Of a stretch of DNA of 64,000 nt, positions 52,210 through 64,000 are shown piece after piece (within the stretch, counting starts at the first letter, position 1; every line of letters starts with the position of its first letter). The DNA lies in contig CBDBKE010000003.1 in assembly GCA_965206645.1 (NCBI GenBank), positions 576,001 to 640,000 on the forward strand, read 5' to 3'. The notes under the pieces were generated by a model. The model did not search any database, was not told the origin of the DNA, and was given only the letters and a program-made list of their open reading frames with translations. Both the position numbers and the translations under genes were made by a program. This DNA is from Terriglobia bacterium (GTDB lineage Bacteria > Acidobacteriota > Terriglobia > JAJPHL01 > JAPKYU01).

Positions 52210-54854
52210 ATGGAAGCGAGTCGTAGGCGGCTGTTCCTGATCGACTCGATGAACTACATTTTCCGGGCCTACCACCAGCCACAGACACAACGCTTCTACA
52301 CGGGCGCGGGCTTGCCTACGGGAGCGGTCTTCGTGCTCCACAACATGCTTCGCAAGCTGCTGGCGGCGCATCAGCCCGATTACGTCACGGGTGTGTTTGA
52401 CGTAGCCGCGCCTACCTTCCGTGACGCGCTGTTTGCTGACTACAAAGCCAACCGGGCTGAAATGCCTTCCGAACTGGCGCAACAGATTCCCTACATCCGG
52501 CGGCTGCTGGAAGCGCTGCACATTCCCATCCTGGAGTTTGCCGGCTACGAAGCTGACGACCTGATCGGGGCGCTGGCGGTGCAGGGGGCGCAGGCCGGGC
52601 TGGAGGTCACTATCGTCTCCAGCGACAAAGACATGCTGCAACTGGTCACCTCCAACGGAGGAGAGAGCCCCGGCTTGGTCCGCGTCCTGATTCCCACCAA
52701 AGACGACCTGGTTTGCGATGCGGCCAAGGTCGAGGAGTTGCTGGGCGTGCCCCCCTGGCGGGTACCGGACGTGATGGCCCTGCGCGGCGATGCCATCGAC
52801 AACATCCCCGGGGCACCGGGAATCGGCGAGAAGGGCTCGCGCGAGCTGATCCAGCACTTCGGCTCTGTGGAGGAGGCTCTGCAGCGTGCCAAGGAGGTGG
52901 GGCGAAAGACCTGCCGCGAGTCCCTCGAGAAGTACCGCGACCAGATCCTGCTCAGCAAGAAGCTGGCCACGATTGAGACGGCTGTGCCAGTCAGCCTGGA
53001 GCTGGAGGCCATCGCCACCCGGCCTCCCGACAAGGTTGCCCTCCAGCAGCTCTACAAGGAACTGGAATTTCACAGCCTGGCGCAGGAGTTGTTGCCGGCG
53101 CTCGAGGTCCGGGAGAGAGATCACTCTGAACTTTCGAGTGAGGCGGAGGTGGCCGAGTTTCTTCAGAAGCTGCCCGCTGGGACTGCGCTGCCAGTTGCGC
53201 TGCCGATGGCGTTAGAGGTAGCGCTGCAGGTGGTCCTGGAAGCCGGCGAGGAAGGCCAGATCCGCTTTGGTCCTGGGCTGGCCGTCTCACCCCAGGCGGG
53301 GCTGGCCCGCGTGATCCCAGAGCGGCTGCTTCCCGCCGCTCGAACCTGGCTGGAATCAGATGAAAGGTTCAAGGCGGTGTGTAACGCCAAAGCGGCGATC
53401 CACGCCTTGCGCGCGCGGGGCATGGCGCTGCGCGGGGTGCGCGATGACACGCTGCTCTATTCCTACTTGCTGGATCCTACCCAAGGCAACCACACGCTGG
53501 AAGAGGTGGCCAAGCGCCGTTTCGGCGCGCGCCTGAGCGGCAGCCCAGCGGAGCGTTCCGACGTATTGGGCCAGCTTGCCCGCTTGCTGGCCCCGGAGGT
53601 GGAGCAGGCCGGTCTCCGGCCAGTCTACGAGGAAATCGAGCTGCCTCTGACGCCGGTGCTGGCCGAGATGGAAGAGGTGGGCGTGCGCGTGGATACGCGC
53701 CAACTGGCCGAGCTTTCCGAACAACTGGCCCAGCAGATTGAGACGCTGACGGCGGAAATTCATAAACTCAGCGGTGCCGAATTCAACATTAATTCTCCAC
53801 AGCAGCTCGCCAAGGTGCTGTTCGAACAGCTCAAGCTGCCGGCGCCGCGCAAGTACGGCAAGGGCAAGGTCTACTCGACCGCTGTGGACGTGCTGGAAGA
53901 GCTGGCCGAGGCGCACGAAGTGCCGCGGAAGGTGCTGGAATTTCGCCAGCTCACCAAGCTGAAGAACACCTACATCGACGCGCTGCCCAAGCTGGTGAAC
54001 CCGCGCACCGGCCGCATCCACACCACGTTCGACCAGGCGGGCACGGCCACCGGCCGGCTCTCCTCGCGCGACCCGACTTGCAGAACATTCCCATCCGCAC
54101 CGAACTGGGACGGCGGATTCGCGCGGCATTCTTGCCCGCGCATGGCCTGGCCGAGTCGGGGTGGAAGATTCTCTCGGCCGACTACTCGCAGATCGAGCTG
54201 CGCCTGCTGGCCCACTTCTCCCAGGACCCGGTGCTGCTGGAAGCCTTCCGCCAGAATCAGGACATCCATTCGCGAACCGCCGAGCTGGTGTTCGGCGTGC
54301 CGCCTCTGTTGCAGACCGGCGAGCACCGCCGTCGCGCCAAGGCTGTCAATTTCGGCATCGTTTACGGCCTCAGCGCATTTGGCCTCTCACAGCAGCTTGG
54401 AATCGAGCAGTCGGAGGCGCAACAGTTCATTGACCATTACTTCGCCACCTACGCCGGCGTTCGCCGCTATATTGACAAATGCCTGGAAGAGGTGCGTCGC
54501 TCGGGCGTTGTGCGGACGCTGTACGGGCGGCTGCGACCGATCCCGGAAATCAACAGCCGCAATGCCCAACAGCGTGGCTTTGCCGAGCGGACCGCCATCA
54601 ACACTCCGCTGCAAGGCACCGCCGCTGACCTGATCAAGCTGGCGATGATCCGCATCCACAACGAGCTGGCAGGCCAGGAGCTGCGCGCGCGGATGCTGCT
54701 TCAGGTCCACGACGAACTGTTGCTGGAATCGCCGCCTGAGGAGGTGGAGGCCACACGCAGCTTGGTGAAGCGGGCAATGGAGCAGGTCGCATCCCTTTCG
54801 GTGCCCCTGGTAGCGGACGTTGGCGTGGGCGACAACTGGCGCGACGCCAAGTGA
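52210..54854 (+). pseudogene. polA: DNA polymerase I with a single-base frameshift at about 54076 (real lesion or sequencing error)
   Basis: 5'-3' exonuclease motifs (LID, YKANR, EADD, DKD); TATGRLSSRDP|LQNIP split across two frames; DYSQIELR, AKAVNFGIVYG, QVHDE in the second frame. Confidence 0.9.
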
Positions 54855-54855
54855 G

Positions 54856-54974
54856 CAGGTTTTAGGTTTCAGGTGCCAGGTGTCAGTTATCTGTCTGTCA
54901 TCTCGATGTCGGCGGGATTGACCGGTGGGCTGGAGGGGACTAACCTGACACCTGAAACATGAGACTTGGCACCT
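54856..54974. repeat. Two inverted heptamer arrays (CAGGTGT-like / ACACCTG-like)
   Basis: caggttt taggttt caggtgc caggtgt ... aacctg acacctg aaacatg agacttg gcacct, between polA and ruvA. Confidence 0.7.
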
Positions 54975-54978
54975 TTTC

Positions 54979-55565
54979 ATGATTGGATTTCTGCGGGGAC
55001 GGGTATTGGAGAAACGGCCCAGCCAGGTGATCCTGGATGTGCAGGGAGTCGGTTACGACGTGAACATTCCGGTTTCCACCTATTACCTGTTGCCTGACCC
55101 GCCTGCTGAAGCGCAACTGCACATCCACACGCATGTGCGCGAAGGCGCGCTGGCGCTCTATGGCTTTCGCAGCCTGGGTGAGAAACAGATGTTTGAGAAG
55201 CTGCTCAGCGTGAGCGGCATCGGGCCGCGGCTGGCCATCACCATTCTCTCGGGCTTGGAGGTGCAGGAACTGGTGCCGGCCATTCGCCAAAACGACTTGC
55301 TGAAGTTGAGCCACATCCCAGGCGTGGGCCGCAAGACCGCTGAGCGCATCGTGGTGGAACTACGCGATAAGGTGGCCGGGGCCGAAGCTGAGCCGGCATC
55401 TCGCCCGAGGCTGCCTGCAGTTCAGGAAGATGTATTGTCGGCGCTGCTCAACCTGGGCTACCCGCGCGCCGCGGCCGAGAAGGCAGTGGGGCAGGCCGTC
55501 GCCCAGGACGGCAGCGCGCCTTTTGATCAGCTGTTGAAACGAGCTTTGCACTTGCTGGTGAGGCC

Positions 55566-55569
<4 letters not shown>
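54979..55569 (+). CDS. ruvA: Holliday junction branch migration protein RuvA
   Basis: [35 protein letters not shown]. Confidence 0.96.
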
Positions 55570-56591
<1,022 letters not shown>

Positions 56592-56696
56592 GATGTTCTG
56601 AGCTGTTCTGAGAGAGCAGCCGACGGTCAGCCCAGACATTTCCGCTGCCTGGGTAGGAGTTGCAGACAGCGGTGAGCTGCCTATAGCAAGTGGAGT

Positions 56697-57194
56697 GTGA
56701 AGAAACGAGTCTACCTCTGTCTGGGTTCCAATCTGGGTGACCGGCGGGCCTACCTGGCGCGCGCGCTGGAGGAGATGCAGGCCGCGAGAATCCGGGTGCA
56801 GCGCGTCTCGGCCCTCTATCACACCCAGCCGGTGGACTACACCGCGCAACCCTGGTTCTTGAATTGCGTAGCGGAGGTGGAAACCGAGTACATGCCGCGG
56901 CAACTGTTGCGCCAACTGCAGCGGATTGAAAGGCAATTGGGACGCCGGCGCGGCGTCCCGCGAGGACCGCGCACCATTGACATTGACATCCTGCTGTACC
57001 AGAACCACGTCATGCGCACCAGCGAGCTGACCATCCCGCACCCGCAGCTGGCAGAGCGCCGCTTCGTACTGGAACCATTGCGTGACCTGGCCCCGGGGCT
57101 GCGGCACCCGGTCAGCCAGCGAACCGTCATTGAGCTGCTGGCCGCCGCGGCGGACCGCAGCCATGTCCGCCGTCTGCGTAGCGGCGGGCTTTAG
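56697..57194 (+). CDS. folK: 2-amino-4-hydroxy-6-hydroxymethyldihydropteridine diphosphokinase
   Basis: LGSNLGDR, FLNCV, GPRTIDIDIL, IPHP..AERRFVL. Confidence 0.95.
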   Translation: MKKRVYLCLGSNLGDRRAYLARALEEMQAARIRVQRVSALYHTQPVDYTAQPWFLNCVAEVETEYMPRQLLRQLQRIERQLGRRRGVPRGPRTIDIDILLYQNHVMRTSELTIPHPQLAERRFVLEPLRDLAPGLRHPVSQRTVIELLAAAADRSHVRRLRSGGL

Positions 57195-57249
57195 CCTGCT
57201 GGGGATGGCGCCCTAGAAGGTCGCCTGTACGTCTGGGAGCCTGTAGGAC

Positions 57250-57909
57250 ATGGCCGATTACCACCCGCCACGCCAGATCGCCCCACAGCAGATCGTCATT
57301 GAAGGATCAATCCGGGTAGGCAAGACGACACTGGCGCGGCTACTGGCCGACCGGCTGCGCGCTCGCACGTTGCTGGATTCCGAAGAGAACCCGTTTCTGG
57401 CAGAGTTCTACCAGGAGCGGCCCGGGGCTGCCTTCAGGGCACAGATGTGGTTTCTCATCCAGCGCTTCCAGCAACTGCGAGCCCTCGGTCTGGGAAATCC
57501 ACATGCCACAGTGGTGGCCGACTACCTATTCGAGAAGGACAAAATCTTCGCCTATATCAATCTTAGTGACGATGAGCTCCGCCTCTATGACGCGTATTAT
57601 GAACTGCTCCGCCCGCAGGTCCCCCCGCCCGACTTGGTGATCTATCTTCAGGCGACTCCCGAAGTGCTCCTCCGGCGCATCGCACGCAAGAATTCGCCGC
57701 TGGAAACCGAGATCTCACTGGAATACCTGGAGGCAGTGGTGAAGGCCTACGAGCATTTCTTTTTCCACTACAAGATGTCGAAGCTGCTGGTGATCAATAC
57801 CAGCGAGATTGATTTTGTCGCGAACCGGAACGAACTGGAAGAGCTGTTGCAACGGCTCACACAGCCGGTAGTGGGCACGCAGTACTTCCTTCCCCTGGGC
57901 TCCAGCTAA
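57250..57909 (+). CDS. Deoxynucleoside kinase
   Basis: IEG.IRVGKTTLA, NPFLAEFY, PDLVIYLQA; usual neighbour of folK. Confidence 0.9.
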   Translation: MADYHPPRQIAPQQIVIEGSIRVGKTTLARLLADRLRARTLLDSEENPFLAEFYQERPGAAFRAQMWFLIQRFQQLRALGLGNPHATVVADYLFEKDKIFAYINLSDDELRLYDAYYELLRPQVPPPDLVIYLQATPEVLLRRIARKNSPLETEISLEYLEAVVKAYEHFFFHYKMSKLLVINTSEIDFVANRNELEELLQRLTQPVVGTQYFLPLGSS

Positions 57910-58158
57910 AAGTGGCTAGCCTCGGCATTCGGGTCTATTTTGGGCACCGCCGGGCCTATTTTGGGTGCCGAGCCGCCCTGCGGAGCCCGGATTCTCCCTT
58001 GCCCCCACTTTACTCTCGCGCTCGATAGGTCGCGGTTTCGTCCTATGCCGGCCAAGAGGCGTTTTATGCGGGGCAGCCTGAACACGAGTTAGGCAGCAAC
58101 CGAATCCCAGTGGTCGTCCAGGCAAATCAACAGAGCCAGGTTAAGAAAGGAGAAAACC

Positions 58159-59793
58159 ATGAACTCGTTTATTGAGGTGTTAAAAAAGAATGCGGTGTTT
58201 ACAGGGCGCTCACGGCGAAAAGAATATTGGTTCTTCGTCTTGTTCAATATTCTTATCTACATAGCGCTCACCATCGTCGACGGTGTGGTTGGGTCTTCTC
58301 CACTGTTTGGCGGTCTTTACATGTTGGCAGTTTTGATCCCCAGTATCGCAGTTGCTATCCGCAGGCTCCACGATGTTGGCAAGAGTGGATGGTGGCTGTG
58401 ACCTGCCTGGCGATTTCCGGACCAGCTGAAGCCTGAGAGAATGGCGCCCTCGGAGAAACGAGGGAGCCATGAAGAAGACCCGGTTTACCGAAGAGCAGAT
58501 GGTGACGATCCTCCGCGAGGCCGATCAGCGGCCCGTTCCGGAGGTGGCCAAAAAGAACGGCGTCAGCGCCCAGACGCTCTACGCCTGGCGGAAACACTTC
58601 GGCACGTTGGAGCCCGCCGATGTGAAGCGGCTGCGGCAGCTCGAGCAGGAGAACGGCCGGCTGAAAAAGATGGTGGCCGATCGAGATCTGGAGATCGACG
58701 TGCTCAAGGAAATCACCCGAAAAAAATGGTAGGCGCACGCGTGCGCCGGCCGCAGGTCGCGTATGCACGTGCACGCGGTCTGTCGGGTCGCCGCGCGTGC
58801 GCCTTGCTCTCCGTCGCACGGTCCACGCTGGGCTACCAGTCGCGGCTGGTCGACCGGGATGCCCCGGCGCTGGCCGCGATGCGTCGTCTGGCGGCGCAGT
58901 ATCCGCGGTACGGCTATCGCCGGATTCGGATTTTCCTAAAACGCGAAGGGCACACGATGAGCACGGACCGGACCCATCGCCTCTGGCGCCAGGCGGGGTT
59001 GCAGGTGCCTCGGCGGCGGCCGCGGCGCCGGGTCGCCCTGAGCCGGCCCCGCCCGGTGCCCGCCACTGCGGTCAATCACGTCTGGGCGTACGACTTCGTG
59101 TTCGACACCTGCGCGAATGGGCAGACGCTCAAGTGCCTCACCGTCGTCGACGAATGGACCCGCGAGTCACTCGCGATCGACGTGGCCGGCGGCATTCGGT
59201 CCGGGCGCGTTATCGAGGTGCTCACGCAGCTCGTGAGCGTCCACGGAGCCCCACGTTACCTCCGGTCCGACAACGGCCCCGAGTTTGTCGCGGGTGCGAT
59301 TCTCCGGTGGCTGCTCCAGGCGCAGATCGAAACCGCGCTCATCGAGCCGGGCAAGCCGTGGCAGAATGCGACCGACGAATCGTTCAACGGGAAGTTCCGC
59401 GACGAGTATCTGAGCCTGCAGTGGTTTCGGAACCGCGTGGACGCGAAGGTGGGGATCGAGCAATGGCGACGGTACTACAACGACGTGCGACCGCACTCGA
59501 GCCTTGGCTATCTGACGCCAGCCGAGTTCAAAGCGCAGCTCCGTGCTGGCTCGGATGACGGTGGGCGCTCGCCGGCGATGCCGGCTCACGCTGACCAAGA
59601 AGAACACGAGAGCGACTTAACCATGCCGACTGGCGCTGTTCTCCAGTAATCGGTGGTCCGAAGAAAGCCGGCAGGTCAGCTGTTGATCAGTCTTGTGCCA
59701 CTCGTGAGCCTTGTGCTTTTATACTTCATGGTGCAAGACAGTCAGCCGGGTGGAAATGAGTATGGCCCTAACCCAAAGGCGGCAGCAGCATAA
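58159..59793 (+). pseudogene. DUF805 (YhaI-like) membrane protein interrupted by IS3
   Basis: FTGRSRRKEYW, IRRLHDVGKSGWWL, resuming after the IS as LISLVP...[14 protein letters not shown]. Confidence 0.9.
58399..59678 (+). mobile_element. IS3-family insertion sequence, copy 2 (1280 bp, TSD GCTG)
   Basis: Near-identical to copy 1 in inverted orientation; orfA 58469-58732, orfB to 59649; GCTG at 58395-58398 and 59679-59682. Confidence 0.96.
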
Positions 59794-60100
59794 CCGCCCA
59801 ACAGGTCGCTACTTGGCGTTCGGCGACTGAACAGAGCGCGTCCTGTGGGAGGACCCCCGGTTGCGGGGGCACCAGTAACTACATCTCTTTGCCATAATCT
59901 ACAATTGACTTTTCTCTAGTCTCCTCGGAAACCGGCCGATTCGGGACGGGCAGGGGTGTCGAGCGGTGCCCACACTCGTGTCAAGATTTATACAGAGGGC
60001 TTGCGGGCTGCGCCTGGCGCACCCAAGAAGCTCAACAATTTGGGCGATGGCAGAGAAATTGCCCTCAGAAAAGAGCCAGCCCTAAGGTCACAGGAGTTCC

Positions 60101-60940
60101 ATGGCAACACCGAGAGGAATGGGCAAACGGGGTTTGTTTCCAGCCGCCTTCTTGCCAGCTGCCCTCTTGAATGCGCTGCTGCTGGCCGTAGCGGCCGGAG
60201 TCGTCGGATTGAGTCCTGGCAGCTTGAGCGGCTTGGTTTCGCCCGGGCCCGACCGGATGAAAGATGTTCCCAACATTGTCTTGTGGGCCTGGGAGCGGCC
60301 GGAGGATCTGGAGTTCCTCCCGCCGGGCAAAGTGGGAGTGGCATTCCTGGCTCGGACTCTTTACCTTCGCGGCGACGAGCTGCTCCAATATCCGAGGCTC
60401 CAGCCCCTTCGCTTGCCTCCAGGAGCCGCTCCCATCGCGGTTGTTCGCATTGAATCGGATAGAGCGCAGCCGCCGGAGCTGTCAGAGGAACAACAACTTA
60501 AGGCGGTGTCCGCCATAGCCGAAGTGGCCGCCATGCCCGGCGTGGCCTCCATCCAGGTGGATTACGACGCGACTGTGTCGGAACGTGGGTTTTATCGAGA
60601 GCTGCTCCAGGACCTGCGCCGGCGCCTGCCCAGATCCGTTGGCCTCTCGATCACGACTCTGGCCTCGTGGTGTCTGGGTGACCGGTGGCTTTCCGGACTT
60701 CCCATTGACGAAGCCGTCCCCATGCTGTTTCGCATGGGTCCTGACCGGCTCCCGGTGTTGCTGCACTTGAAGGGTGGAGGCGACTTTCGGGAAGCAGCTT
60801 GCCGGAATAGCATCGGCATTTCCACCGACGAACCCGTACACCGGCTGCCGGCCGGCCGGCGGCTTTACGTGTTTCACCCCCGGCCCTGGTCGCACAGGGC
60901 CGTTGAGCAGGTTCTCAAGGAGGCGGCGCAATGGCAGTAA
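60101..60940 (+). CDS. DUF3142-like exported protein
   Basis: LWAWERPEDL, IQVDYDA...R.FY, LSITTLASWC, DEAVPMLFRMG. Confidence 0.7.
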   Translation: MATPRGMGKRGLFPAAFLPAALLNALLLAVAAGVVGLSPGSLSGLVSPGPDRMKDVPNIVLWAWERPEDLEFLPPGKVGVAFLARTLYLRGDELLQYPRLQPLRLPPGAAPIAVVRIESDRAQPPELSEEQQLKAVSAIAEVAAMPGVASIQVDYDATVSERGFYRELLQDLRRRLPRSVGLSITTLASWCLGDRWLSGLPIDEAVPMLFRMGPDRLPVLLHLKGGGDFREAACRNSIGISTDEPVHRLPAGRRLYVFHPRPWSHRAVEQVLKEAAQWQ

Positions 60941-63284
60941 GGCGTGCAAGGGCCTGTGCTTTGCTTTTGGCCACCGTCCTGCTTGGCCTGGCCAGCCCGG
61001 CGTTTCCCTGCGGCCCATTTTTTCCCCAGGCTGTCTTCACCTTTACCAGGCATCCGGACCTGCCGCTGGAAAATTTCTTACGGGGTCAACTGGGAATTGT
61101 CCTGCCGACCTACTCCCGCTCCCACCTCTACCTCTCCTATCGCTACCTGGCAGGCAAGCCATTCAGCCCAGAGCAGCTCGCGGCTCTGGAAGGGGTCTGG
61201 ATTCGGCGCAGGCCATCGGATGTGTCCGGTGCGCTGCAGAAAGCGCCAAAGCCGCCGAATTGGATCAAGCTATGGGTTGAGGCGAGGAAGAAAATCCCGG
61301 GGCTGGATACAAGCGCGCCGACGCCGCTGGGCGTACACAACCCGTTGGGCGCGTACCGGTCCGAACGAATCGGCACCACCTACATCGGCTACTACAATTG
61401 TCTTTCGGATGCATTTCGCACCGCAGTCCATACGCTGGAGGAAAGAGTTGGCCGATTTGGAGTGGACAGCGCTGCAGTCAACAGTTGGGTGCAGGCGCAA
61501 GACCGGGTCTTCGCCAATTGTTCCGGTGGAGGAAACGGGTTAGAGAAGCAGCAATTTCTGCCACTCAATGCCTCTGCAGAGGACTCTCCGCTGATTCGAG
61601 CCGACCGTGCCTACCAGATGGGGGCAGCCCATTTTTATGCCGGCAATTTCGAGATTGCCGGGAAGGTCTTTGAGGAAATCGCCCACGATCCCGATTCGCC
61701 CTGGAGCTGGCTCGCTCCCCTGCTGGTAGCCAGATCCCTGATCCGCCAGGCGACCGTCTACACCGAGCCGGGCAAGCCCGATCTGGCCTTCCTCGTCCAG
61801 GCAGAGACCCAACTGCAGAAGGTCTTAGCCGACAACAGTCTGCGCCGTACGCATCCCTCTGCCCGTCGGCTGTTGAGCTACGTCCAGTTGCGCCTGCGCC
61901 CCAACCAGCGCATCTGCCAGCTACGCGAAGCCTTGCTGGAAGGTACGTCGCCTGGGACGCTTCGGCAGGACCTGACCGACTACCTGGCGCTGCTCGCCAA
62001 GTGGCCTGCGGGAGGCGGACGCGGGAACCGAATGCCGCTGGCCGAGTTGCGAGCAGAGGACGAGCTGGCAGACTGGATGCTGACATTTCAGCGGCAGACC
62101 CCGTCGGCACGAGACGGGTTCGCTGCCGTGGCTAGTTGCAGCCATTTCCAAGGCGCAGGCAGGAGGCCCCAAGCTCGCGGCGCTCTTGGAGGCGGCGGGA
62201 ACAATTCCCCGGAATTCGTCCGCTTTTCCCACCATTGCCTTCCACAGGGCACGTCTGTTGGCCGCTTCTGGAGAAGCCGCGCAGGCGCGGATAGCGCTGG
62301 AGCAGATGCTGGCGAAAGACGTGTCGCTGCCCCGCTCCTCCATCAACCTGGTCCTCGCGCTGCAAATGAAGCTGGCCCGGAACCTGGAAGAGTTGCTTGG
62401 AAGCGCACGGCGCGTTCCTACTCGAGTTGGCTGGAATCACTTCGGGCACGTGATTGCCGAACAGCCAACCGACAGAAGAGGCCGGCAACCGCGCCCGCAG
62501 CCGCGCTGGCTGTTCGATGCCGACGCTGCTCGGGTCTTAACCGAACGAATGCCACTGCGGCTTTTGCTGCAGGCGACTGGCAGCAAAAGCCTCCCTCCGA
62601 ATTTGCGCCGGGAGGTGGCGCTGGAACCTGGGTCCGCTGCGTCTTGCTCGATCGAGAGAAGGTGTCCGGGAGGTCGTGCCGATCCTTGAGCAACTTGCGC
62701 CGGAGTTGAAAGGCGACCTGTGGAGGTACGTATCCGCCCCAAACAGCCCGTCACGCCGCTTCGCTGCTGTGTTCACTATCCTGCGATTTCCGGGCGTGCA
62801 CCTCTATGTGGGCGCCGGCCCCGCCCGGAGAACTCCCCTCGCTCGCATTGACAACTTGCGGGAAAACTGGTGGTGCCGACTGGCGCCTGCTCAGCGCGGC
62901 AGTCGAATCTATATGGGCTACCGTCACTACCGGATGGACACAACTTTTCACATGCCCTTGAAGATGCTTTATCCCAGCCAGGAGCTGGACTACCCTGCCT
63001 TCCTCAGCCCCGCCCAAAAAGCAGAAGCAGCCCGGGAATGGGAACAGCTTTCGGCCCTGGAAACCGCGCCGAACCATCTGGGCCGGCAAGTGCTGGGATG
63101 GGCCAAGAGCCATCCGGACGACCCACGAGTGCCCCAGGCCTTGCACTTGACGGTGAAAGCCCCGCGTTACGGCTGCGCCGACGAACAAACAGGACACTAT
63201 TCCAAAGCGGCCTTTCAGTTTCTTCACAGGAAATACCCTCACAGTTCCTGGGCAAAGAAAACAAAATACTGGTACCGCTTCTAG
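60931..63284 (+). pseudogene. Large exported alpha-helical protein broken by about 3 frameshifts
   Basis: Signal + CGPFF N-terminus; protein-like reading moves between frames near 62110, 62626 and 62668; C-terminus RYGC...LHRKYPHSSWAKKTKYWY. Confidence 0.7.
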
Positions 63285-63460
63285 CTGAACAGCGCGCCCG
63301 GCCTTCTCGTCCCGCAAACGGGGTGATGAGCCAGCAGGTTCGCCCTATTGCCTTGGGTGATTCCCGTGCGTAACTGTTTTGTTTCTAACGGATAGATCGT
63401 TGATATATAATGGCAAGCGTTCAGACGAGCCCAAGTGCGGTATTTTCAACGGATCCGGGC

Positions 63461-64000
63461 ATGAAACAGCAACTGTTCGTACTGGGCGTCGTTGGCGCGG
63501 TGGCTGCAGTGTCGGCCCCGGCCTCCCGAATTGCGTCCTATGTAGATGACAACGGACGCCGGGTTTACGTGAATGCCGGGGAAGCAGCAAAGCAGGTCGC
63601 CTCAAAACGCAAGTCCAAGCCCAAGCAACGTTCTCGGCATAGCGTGTTGGTCCGGAGGGACCCATACACGAACCAGCTGGTTACGGTGCCGGCGCGCAAT
63701 GAGTCGTTGGGATTGTCCGGACCGGCGAAGGCCACACCCAAGCAACCCAAGGGCGCTGGGGCGCTCTCGGGCCCCGAAAACCGCACCACCCAGATGGCCG
63801 TGGACGAGCTCATCGTAAGCACGGCGGAACGACACTCCATTGATCCGGACTTGGTTCGGGCCGTCGTCAAGGTCGAGTCCAACTTCAACCCTGCCGCCGT
63901 ATCCCGCAAAGGCGCTACAGGACTCATGCAGTTAATGCCGACCACGGCACGACGCTTCGGTGTTGGGAACATATTTGACCCGGAGGAAAACCTGGACGGT
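63461..64000 (+). CDS. Lytic transglycosylase (SLT domain), runs off the window
   Basis: Not in ORF track. Manual translation: MKQQLFVLG...DPDLVRAVVKVESNFNPAAVSRKGATGLMQLMP...FDPEENL. Confidence 0.9.
   Translation, partial: MKQQLFVLGVVGAVAAVSAPASRIASYVDDNGRRVYVNAGEAAKQVASKRKSKPKQRSRHSVLVRRDPYTNQLVTVPARNESLGLSGPAKATPKQPKGAGALSGPENRTTQMAVDELIVSTAERHSIDPDLVRAVVKVESNFNPAAVSRKGATGLMQLMPTTARRFGVGNIFDPEENLDG

Noticed and set aside
54078-54633. C-terminal extension of the 807-aa PolA ORF as a novel domain
   Set aside because: It is out-of-frame translation after the frameshift; the polymerase motifs are in the other frame.

Overview
GC-rich bacterial chromosomal segment. The gene order and gene content suggest Acidobacteriota (Terriglobia-like), but this is inference only. 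Most of the window is housekeeping: PMM-manC-manA-aminotransferase-coaD, rnc-lepB-asmA, uvrA, thiD, purH, ispE-prs-rplY-pth-rpsF-rpsR-rplI, larB, HU, lpxC, polA-ruvAB-folK-dNK, plus many TPR proteins. Accessory or unusual parts: (i) a porin + CuA-cupredoxin + di-heme oxidoreductase + DtxR-family cluster with a palindrome-covered promoter (13.5-17.6 kb); (ii) a partner-switching-like operon, P-loop ATPase fused to an RsbW-type kinase / STAS / GAF-HD-GYP, in which two genes each carry one in-frame TAA (25.5-29.2 kb); (iii) a decayed IS1-like cargo element carrying an HTH-PIN toxin-antitoxin pair; (iv) two near-identical 1280-bp IS3 copies with 4-bp target duplications, one in the PIN gene and one in a DUF805 gene that looks like an orphan integron cassette; (v) an unannotated 18-aa Lys-rich peptide with its own SD, structured leader and terminator; (vi) frequent leaderless promoters and micro-duplications; (vii) a frameshift in polA. 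No rRNA, tRNA or CRISPR array was recognised. All family assignments come from reading motifs by eye, not from database searches.
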